A stretch of DNA of 45,634 nt from Flavobacteriaceae bacterium (GTDB taxonomy: Bacteria; Bacteroidota; Bacteroidia; Flavobacteriales; Flavobacteriaceae). Location: positions 1 through 45,634 of the forward strand of contig JAKITG010000001.1 in NCBI GenBank assembly GCA_021648195.1. Reading direction: 5' to 3'. Made by a program: the position numbers and the translations under genes. Below are positions 39,512 through 45,634 of the stretch, one piece after another; positions within the stretch are counted from its first letter, which is position 1; the number at the start of each line of letters is the position of its first letter. Under the pieces are notes generated by a model that made no database searches, had not been told where the DNA came from, and saw nothing but the letters and a program-made list of their open reading frames with translations.

Positions 39512-39681
39512 CTTAAAGGCATCTCTAAAAACACATTTCTTTTAAAAAACAAAGAGAATAAATGAGATGCAAGACATTTTTTTTTGAATAGCCTTAACTA
39601 TTGAAAAAAAACATAACGAAGTAGATTATTTGTTATCTTTGTTCCCGTAGGGTTTTCAGAGCTTTTAGAGATGCCTTTAAG
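39512..39681. mobile_element. MITE-like element B (170 bp)
   Basis: Perfect 19-bp TIRs CTTAAAGGCATCTCTAAAA (39512-39530) / TTTTAGAGATGCCTTTAAG (39663-39681); internal hairpin; no ORF. Confidence 0.78.
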
Positions 39682-39747
39682 TAGTTATAATACAATGATA
39701 GAATTTGTACATTAGGTTATACTATAAATATTAAATTAAAAAAGTAG

Positions 39748-40410
39748 ATGTTTGAAGGTATAGAAAGGGTTGTTTTTTCGAGAGACTGGATTACCATAGT
39801 ATTAATGTTGGTATTAATATCAATAGCGATAATAAAATTTGCTTTTAATGAAAGGTTTGGTAAACTCTTTTCGCTTTTATACTCTGAAAAATATTATACT
39901 AATTATGCAAAAACTAAACCTATAATTTTTAACAAATTTCATTTCTATTTATCTTTAGTAATCCTTTTTAACTTTTCTTTGTTATTTTTCTTTGGTTTTA
40001 AAATATATTACCCTAGTAAAATATCAAATGATATTAGCTTTTTTATTCAAATAATTGCTGTTGTAATTTTGTATGCTTCTTTTCGATATTTAGTTGGTAG
40101 TTTACTTGCTTTTTTGTTTGATATTTCAGAATATCAAAAACATTTAACACTTCTAAAAATCAGCAATTTATCTCTAATTTTTGTTTTATCCTTTCCGTTA
40201 CTTATATTAATCACTTACAGCAATACTTATTTTCATAAATTTTTGATAATTATTAGTATTATTGCTGTGTCATTATTATTACTGTTTCGCTACTTTGTAA
40301 TTGTAAATAAAATAAGGGGAAATTTTAACATTTTATTTTATTTTATATTGTATCTTTGCGCCCTCGAAATAGCACCCATCATAGTTATTTATAAAATGTT
40401 CATTGATTAA
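39748..40410 (+). CDS. DUF4271-like membrane protein
   Basis: Multiple TM segments, C-terminal YFILYLCALEIAP motif, upstream of hemD. Confidence 0.8.
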   Translation: MFEGIERVVFSRDWITIVLMLVLISIAIIKFAFNERFGKLFSLLYSEKYYTNYAKTKPIIFNKFHFYLSLVILFNFSLLFFFGFKIYYPSKISNDISFFIQIIAVVILYASFRYLVGSLLAFLFDISEYQKHLTLLKISNLSLIFVLSFPLLILITYSNTYFHKFLIIISIIAVSLLLLFRYFVIVNKIRGNFNILFYFILYLCALEIAPIIVIYKMFID

Positions 40411-40419
40411 AGAAAATAT

Positions 40420-41163
40420 ATGAAAGTAAAAACTATACTTGTTTCACAACCAGCACCAAAAGCAGAACAATCTCCATATTTTATTTTAATGAATAAGCAA
40501 AAAGTTAAAATTGACTTTAGATCATTTATTCATGTTGAAGGAGAAACAGCAAAAAATGTTCGTTCTCAAAAAATTGATTTTTTAGATTTTACAGCGGTAA
40601 TTTTCACTAGCAGAAATGCTATTGACAATTATTTTAGATTGGCTGAAGAAATGCGAATGACAATACCTGATGCTATGAATTATTTTTGTTTATCGGAAGC
40701 AGTTGCATTTTATTTACAAAAATATGTAGTTTACAGAAAACGTAAAATTTATGTGGGCACTAGAACTTTTGATGATTTATTGCCTTTGATTAAAAAACAT
40801 AAAACGGAAAAATTCTTATTACCTTGTTCTGATAAATCAAAAGATACAGTACCTGATAAATTAAATAAGTTAGGTATTGAATGGAAAAAAGCTGTTTTAT
40901 TTAAAACAGTAATAAGTGACTTGTCTGATTTAGAAGGTGTTTTTTATGATATTTTGGTATTCTTTAGCCCTAGCGGAATTAAATCGTTATTTAAAAACTT
41001 TCCAGAATTTAAACAAAATGAAACACGAATAGCTGTATTTGGAAACACAACAGTTAAAGCGGCAGAAGAAGCAGGTTTAAAGATAGATATTTCTGCTCCT
41101 ACTAAGGAAACTCCTTCTATGACAATGGCTCTAGAAAGATATATTAAACTAGTAAATAAATAA
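40420..41163 (+). CDS. hemD: Uroporphyrinogen-III synthase
   Basis: ILVSQP, IFTSRNA, FFSPSGI, AVFG.TT motifs of Bacteroidota HemD. Confidence 0.85.
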   Translation: MKVKTILVSQPAPKAEQSPYFILMNKQKVKIDFRSFIHVEGETAKNVRSQKIDFLDFTAVIFTSRNAIDNYFRLAEEMRMTIPDAMNYFCLSEAVAFYLQKYVVYRKRKIYVGTRTFDDLLPLIKKHKTEKFLLPCSDKSKDTVPDKLNKLGIEWKKAVLFKTVISDLSDLEGVFYDILVFFSPSGIKSLFKNFPEFKQNETRIAVFGNTTVKAAEEAGLKIDISAPTKETPSMTMALERYIKLVNK

Positions 41164-41176
41164 TTTCTACTCTTAA

Positions 41177-41202
41177 AATTCTCTGATGTTTGCATCGGGT
41201 TT
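41177..41202. repeat. REP-like short palindrome (core GATG-TTTG-CATC)
   Basis: AATTCTCTGATGTTTGCATCGGGTTT just after the hemD stop; same layout as 8723-8751. Confidence 0.4.
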
Positions 41203-41329
41203 CCTATTACATATTTTTTGAAGAGATACAAATAATAAACTTTGGACTTTGTGTTTTTGCCTAAAATGAAACGAGCAAAATACCTCCACAGCTCTTGCTC
41301 AAAGATAGGTCGTTTCAAGAATTTTTTAA

Positions 41330-41839
41330 TTACTTAAATAAAGCTTTTAATTCGGTAGCATTGCTTGGGTTCATTTTATTAGATAAAACTAAGCTTAATT
41401 GTTTACGTCGCAAAGCACCATTAAAGCGTTCTTTTTCTAAATCGGTTTCGGGAATTAAAGAAGGAACTTTTATAGGTGTCCCTGCTCTGTTAACAGCAAC
41501 AAAAGTATAAATACCTTCATTTACTTTTGTTTTTTGTCCAGATTTTCGATCCTCAATCCAAACGTCAACAAAAATTTCCATAGAAGAAACAAAAGCTCTT
41601 GAAACTTTTGCTTGAACAGTTAAAACACTTCCAACGGGTACAGACTTTGTAAAAACAACATGATTTACTGAGGCAGTAACTACAATTTGTCTAGAATGTC
41701 TTCCTGCAGCAATACTAGATGCTCTGTCCATTCTTGCTAATAGTTCACCTCCAAATAAATTATCGAGAGCATTGGTTTCACCAGGTAAAACCATATCGGT
41801 TAATATGGTCAAAGACTCTTTGGGTGTTTTTGAATCCAT
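41330..41839 (-). CDS. Acyl-CoA thioesterase (HotDog, YciA-like)
   Basis: N..DNLFGG.LL..MD, VVTASV, TFVAV motifs. Confidence 0.93.
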   Translation of the reverse strand: MDSKTPKESLTILTDMVLPGETNALDNLFGGELLARMDRASSIAAGRHSRQIVVTASVNHVVFTKSVPVGSVLTVQAKVSRAFVSSMEIFVDVWIEDRKSGQKTKVNEGIYTFVAVNRAGTPIKVPSLIPETDLEKERFNGALRRKQLSLVLSNKMNPSNATELKALFK

Positions 41840-41894
41840 TGTATTAAATTTTAAAAAGTTTTAATAATATCTAATTAAGTGCAAAATAGTGAGT

Positions 41895-42821
41895 TTAAAA
41901 CTCTTGAATAAGAAGCCAAGCATCTTTTTCAATTCCATCTTGAATATTTACGAGAATATTTCGAGCCTCTTGTTCAGTAGAATAACTTTGAAAAGAAACA
42001 ACAGATAAATTCCACTTATTTACACCTAAAATTTGTGCGTTATAACCTGATACTTTGAGCTGATTAACTTTTTTAATTGCATTTTTAGGAAAACGAAATG
42101 CACCTGCAATAACGTGATAATTTTGTTTTTGTGCTGTAATATCTAAATTAAGAGTAGGTAGTGGCTTGGTGATTACAAAAGTTGCGTTTTCAATTTTTTG
42201 ATTGATAATTTCTTGTTGTTCTTTAGCAGTAGTAATCAATTGATTATTTTGATAATCCCTATATAATTTTGCACTATAACCTACTGCTGATAAACCAATA
42301 ACAAAAATAGCAGCATATTTTAAATAATTAGGTGCTTTTTTACGTTCGGCAGATAATATTATTGGCGCTTTTTCTTCTAATTTTTCAGCTTGTTTTTTAT
42401 TTACAATTCGTTTAACTTCAGGAGCAGCAATTGAGTTTAAACCAAAAGAAGAAGTTAAATAATTTATTTTTTTTTGTGGCTCAAAGTGTAATTTTTCATC
42501 TTCTAATGAAAATGAACCAATTTCCTCTAAAAATAAATCTTCATGTTCTAATTTATTTTTCCAATTTTCAATTTCAAATTGAATAAAATTAATAGCGCTT
42601 TTATAAGGAATTTTATCAACCGAAGCAATGTAACTTGCAAGTAAGCCATCATTGTTTTTTAAATGATGATTGAAAGTAATTTGCTTATAGGGAGGTAATA
42701 AAGTTTGATTTATAGAATCAATTTTTGCCGATTTATTATTTGTTATAAACCCTCCAAAATTAGGGACAATAATACATTCGTATCGGTATAATAAGTCACT
42801 TATGTAATTGGCGAGGGTCAA
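41895..42821 (-). CDS. SPOR domain protein with N-terminal HU-CCDC81-like domains
   Basis: YISDLLYRYECIIVPNFGGF, NNDGLL, one TM segment, C-terminal YHVIAGAF...NA...DAWLL; TTG start. Confidence 0.82.
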   Translation of the reverse strand: MTLANYISDLLYRYECIIVPNFGGFITNNKSAKIDSINQTLLPPYKQITFNHHLKNNDGLLASYIASVDKIPYKSAINFIQFEIENWKNKLEHEDLFLEEIGSFSLEDEKLHFEPQKKINYLTSSFGLNSIAAPEVKRIVNKKQAEKLEEKAPIILSAERKKAPNYLKYAAIFVIGLSAVGYSAKLYRDYQNNQLITTAKEQQEIINQKIENATFVITKPLPTLNLDITAQKQNYHVIAGAFRFPKNAIKKVNQLKVSGYNAQILGVNKWNLSVVSFQSYSTEQEARNILVNIQDGIEKDAWLLIQEF

Positions 42822-42961
42822 AGGCTATAGATCTTAAAATATTTCTTCAATTTATATAAAATAAATCAGCTAAACAAATCTAAATAAAAACTATACTCGG
42901 ATACAAAAAAACGCGTAATTTTATTAACAAATGTTTGTATATTGAAAGTCATAGTTTTAGG

Positions 42962-44068
42962 ATGGAAAATTCAGAAATTTTATATTATTTAGCCCTACAG
43001 GCTACCGAAGGAATAGGAGATATTAATGCAAAAAAATTAATTTCTCATTGTGGAAGTGCCGAAGCAGTGATTAAAGAAATTCCGAAAAATCTAGAAAAAA
43101 TATCTGGAATAGGTGCATATACAATAAAGGGGCTGAAAAACACTTCTCTTATTCAAAAAGCAGAGAAGGAATTGGAATATATCAATAATAATGATATTCA
43201 AGCATTTACTTTTTTAGATGAAAATTACCCAAATAATTTAAAACATTGCATTGATGCACCCATTTTACTTTTTCAAAAAGGAAAAATTAATTTAAAACAT
43301 CAAAGAATTATTAGTATTGTTGGAACTCGAATGATAACAAATTATGGTAAATCTTTTTTAGAAGAATTTATTTCAGAAGTAAAAGAGTATAACCCAATAA
43401 TTGTTAGTGGATTGGCATACGGAATTGACATTTACGCTCACCAACAAGCTATAAAAAACAACTTACAAACTATAGCTGTATTGGCTCATGGGTTGGATGT
43501 TGTTTATCCAAAAAGACACAAAAAAGAAGCTTTGAAAATGCAAGAAGATGGAGGATTGTTTTCCGAATTTTGGTCGAATACCAATCCTGACAGAGAAAAT
43601 TTTGTAAAACGAAATCGAATTGTAGCAGGTGTATCACAAGCAACTATTGTAGTAGAATCTGCCGAAAAAGGAGGCTCATTAATTACTGCAGGAATTGCAA
43701 ATTCGTATAATCGAGATGTTTTTGCCGTACCAGGAAGAACAAGTGATAAGTTTAGTAAAGGCTGCAACCAACTCATTAAAACCAATCAAGCTGCATTGAT
43801 AAATTCTGTTAAAGACTTAGCTTATATGCTAAATTGGGAAACTGAAGATAAAAAATTAAAAAAATTAATCCAAAAACAATTATTTGTTGAGTTAAATGAA
43901 TATGAAGAAACAATCTATAATTTATTATTAAAAGAAGGAAAACAAAATTTAGATTTTATTGCTTTAAATTGTAAATATCCCATTCATAAAACTGCAACTG
44001 TATTATTAAATTTAGAATTAAAAGGACTTATAAAACCTTTACCAGGGAAGATATTTGAAGCAGTTTAA
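42962..44068 (+). CDS. dprA: DNA-processing protein DprA
   Basis: IVGTR, VSGLAYGID, F.KRNRIVAG, VVES..KGGSLITA, FAVPG, C-terminal winged helix. The ATG at 42962 is preferred over the TTG at 42935. Confidence 0.95.
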   Translation: MENSEILYYLALQATEGIGDINAKKLISHCGSAEAVIKEIPKNLEKISGIGAYTIKGLKNTSLIQKAEKELEYINNNDIQAFTFLDENYPNNLKHCIDAPILLFQKGKINLKHQRIISIVGTRMITNYGKSFLEEFISEVKEYNPIIVSGLAYGIDIYAHQQAIKNNLQTIAVLAHGLDVVYPKRHKKEALKMQEDGGLFSEFWSNTNPDRENFVKRNRIVAGVSQATIVVESAEKGGSLITAGIANSYNRDVFAVPGRTSDKFSKGCNQLIKTNQAALINSVKDLAYMLNWETEDKKLKKLIQKQLFVELNEYEETIYNLLLKEGKQNLDFIALNCKYPIHKTATVLLNLELKGLIKPLPGKIFEAV

Positions 44069-44166
44069 TAGAACCCTTTGAGTAACCTCTCGCAAAAGCA
44101 TTTTTTGATTAAATTTTCCAACTTTTTGTTAAAAAATGGACAAATAACTACTAACCGTCAACTATT

Positions 44167-44523
44167 CTATAAAAAAACTTTCTTTTTTTCAAAATACATA
44201 ACAATTGCTTCTTTCATTAAAATGCTTTGCTCACCAGGTTTTAAAAAAGGCAATTCGTCAATAATTTTATAATGAGGCCAGCCATCTTCATCAAAATATT
44301 CAAATTCATAAAAACCAAAAGGCTCTAATAAAGTGCAGATGGCTATATGCATAATATTGATTTTTTCATCTTTCTTGAATCGTTGAAACCCTTTTCCAAG
44401 TTCTTGAACACCTATTAAATATGTAATAGAATCGAGATCCATTTTTTCACCACCACCAAACTTTTCCGAAACCTTATCTCTAAGTTCTTTCCATTGTACT
44501 TTTAATTTTTTATCTCGAGACAT
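44167..44523 (-). CDS. Hypothetical protein
   Basis: YLIGVQELG, MHIAIC.LL, DEDGWPHY patterns; a TATTTTTG box at 44543-44550 supports the ATG at 44523. Confidence 0.8.
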   Translation of the reverse strand: MSRDKKLKVQWKELRDKVSEKFGGGEKMDLDSITYLIGVQELGKGFQRFKKDEKINIMHIAICTLLEPFGFYEFEYFDEDGWPHYKIIDELPFLKPGEQSILMKEAIVMYFEKKKVFL

Positions 44524-44788
44524 AAATATATTTATCAAAAGCCAAAAATACAAATTTCAAAAATCAAATGCTAAAGATTAAATCAAGATAAATGATAATT
44601 CATTACTTTTGTACTATCTATAATTTAAAACAAAGTAGTTTATAGATTTTAAGTAAGTTTTACCAATCCAAAAGGATAAATGAGAATAGAAAAAATTAAG
44701 AATTATAAATTAAGAAAACTATACTTGAATTATAGAAAACACTAGAAGGAACAGAGAATTTATAAAAGATAACTTATAACAAATAAAA

Positions 44789-45634
44789 ATGTACGGTAAA
44801 ATAAAAGAATATTTACAAAACGAACTAAAAGACATAAAAGATGCAGGTTTGTATAAAAGTGAGCGAATTATTACCAGCTCACAAGATGCTGTAATAAAAG
44901 TTTCAACGGGTGAAGAAGTTATTAATTTTTGTGCGAATAATTATTTGGGATTATCTAATAATTCTGAAGTAATTCAAGCAGCAAAAGATGCTATGAATAC
45001 TCATGGTTATGGTATGTCGTCTGTACGATTTATTTGTGGCACTCAAGATATTCATAAAGAACTAGAACAAAGAATTGCCAATTTTTACCAAACAGAAGAC
45101 ACTATTTTGTATGCAGCAGCTTTCGATGCTAATGGAGGAGTTTTTGAACCTTTATTAACCAAAGAAGATGCTATTATTTCCGATTCATTAAATCATGCTT
45201 CCATAATTGATGGAGTTAGACTGTGTAAAGCTGCTCGTTACCGTTATGCAAATAATGATATGGCTGATTTAGAAAAACAAATGATAGAAGCCAATAAGCA
45301 AAATCACCGATTTAAAATTATAGTTACCGATGGTGTTTTTTCAATGGATGGAATTGTAGCACAATTGGATAAGATATGTGATTTAGCAGATAAATATGAT
45401 GCCTTAGTTATGGTTGATGAATGTCACGCAGCAGGATTTATTGGTAAAACAGGTAGAGGTACAGTAGAACTTAAAAATGTAATGGGTAGAGTTGATATCG
45501 TTACAGGAACATTAGGAAAAGCACTTGGTGGAGCTATGGGAGGTTATACAACAGGTAAAAAAGAAATTATTGAAATTTTACGTCAGCGATCAAGACCCTA
45601 TTTGTTTTCAAATTCTTTAGCACCAGCAATAGTT
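44789..45634 (+). CDS. kbl: Glycine C-acetyltransferase / 2-amino-3-ketobutyrate CoA ligase (partial; runs off the right edge)
   Basis: Hand translation [10 protein letters not shown]...[50 protein letters not shown] (PLP Lys), [13 protein letters not shown]. Confidence 0.95.
   Translation, partial: MYGKIKEYLQNELKDIKDAGLYKSERIITSSQDAVIKVSTGEEVINFCANNYLGLSNNSEVIQAAKDAMNTHGYGMSSVRFICGTQDIHKELEQRIANFYQTEDTILYAAAFDANGGVFEPLLTKEDAIISDSLNHASIIDGVRLCKAARYRYANNDMADLEKQMIEANKQNHRFKIIVTDGVFSMDGIVAQLDKICDLADKYDALVMVDECHAAGFIGKTGRGTVELKNVMGRVDIVTGTLGKALGGAMGGYTTGKKEIIEILRQRSRPYLFSNSLAPAIV

Noticed and set aside
41266-41318. TGAAACGA...TCGTTTCA inverted repeat as an ncRNA
   Set aside because: It lies between convergent genes and matches no RNA family I recognise; more likely a terminator-type structure.
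391-44068. comEC and dprA as a competence island
   Set aside because: They are about 40 kb apart among unrelated housekeeping genes and are widespread in Bacteroidota.
1043-44272. Many 60-170 aa ORFs nested in or antisense to long genes (e.g. 15074-15580, 10372-10821, 40944-41318, 27345-27674)
   Set aside because: They overlap well-supported genes and show no recognisable motifs.
44592-44605. AATGA-TAAT-TCATT resembling an enterobacterial Fur box near the kbl promoter
   Set aside because: Spacing is off by one, and short AT-rich palindromes are expected by chance.

Overview
AT-rich chromosomal window from a Flavobacteriaceae (Bacteroidota) bacterium, inferred from TAnnTTTG promoter boxes, a T9SS-tailed protein and gene content. 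Most of it is housekeeping: a partial nucleotidyltransferase, comEC, a MATE pump, lpxB, surE, prc, tilS, dsbD, an M23 peptidase, pgi, plsC-like, yafV-like amidase, sdhCAB, an ECF sigma/anti-sigma pair, tyrS, pyrC, a polyprenol-P-mannose synthase, hemD, dprA and partial kbl. No rRNA, tRNA, CRISPR array, integrase or transposase was seen. Four things stand out. (1) The sdhCAB operon is split between sdhA and sdhB by about 4 kb of co-oriented accessory genes. These are an intact ABC-type ATPase + small PD-(D/E)xK-like pair (candidate anti-phage module), a SWIM gene with two lesions, and a truncated YhcG/DUF1016 gene whose coding sequence holds three near-perfect palindromes. A dead 35-bp copy of the sdhB start inside the insert suggests serial gene capture at this junction. 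(2) A TonB-dependent receptor, a four-repeat lipoprotein and a T9SS-exported endonuclease form a cluster that may be a nucleic-acid utilisation locus. (3) A methionine aminotransferase (ybdL-like) pseudogene fragment, missed by the ORF track, lies next to a structured repeat. (4) Several small non-coding elements occur: MITE-like elements with terminal inverted repeats, REP-like palindromes and a possible decayed attC-like repeat. All family calls come from motif recognition by eye; no database search was run.
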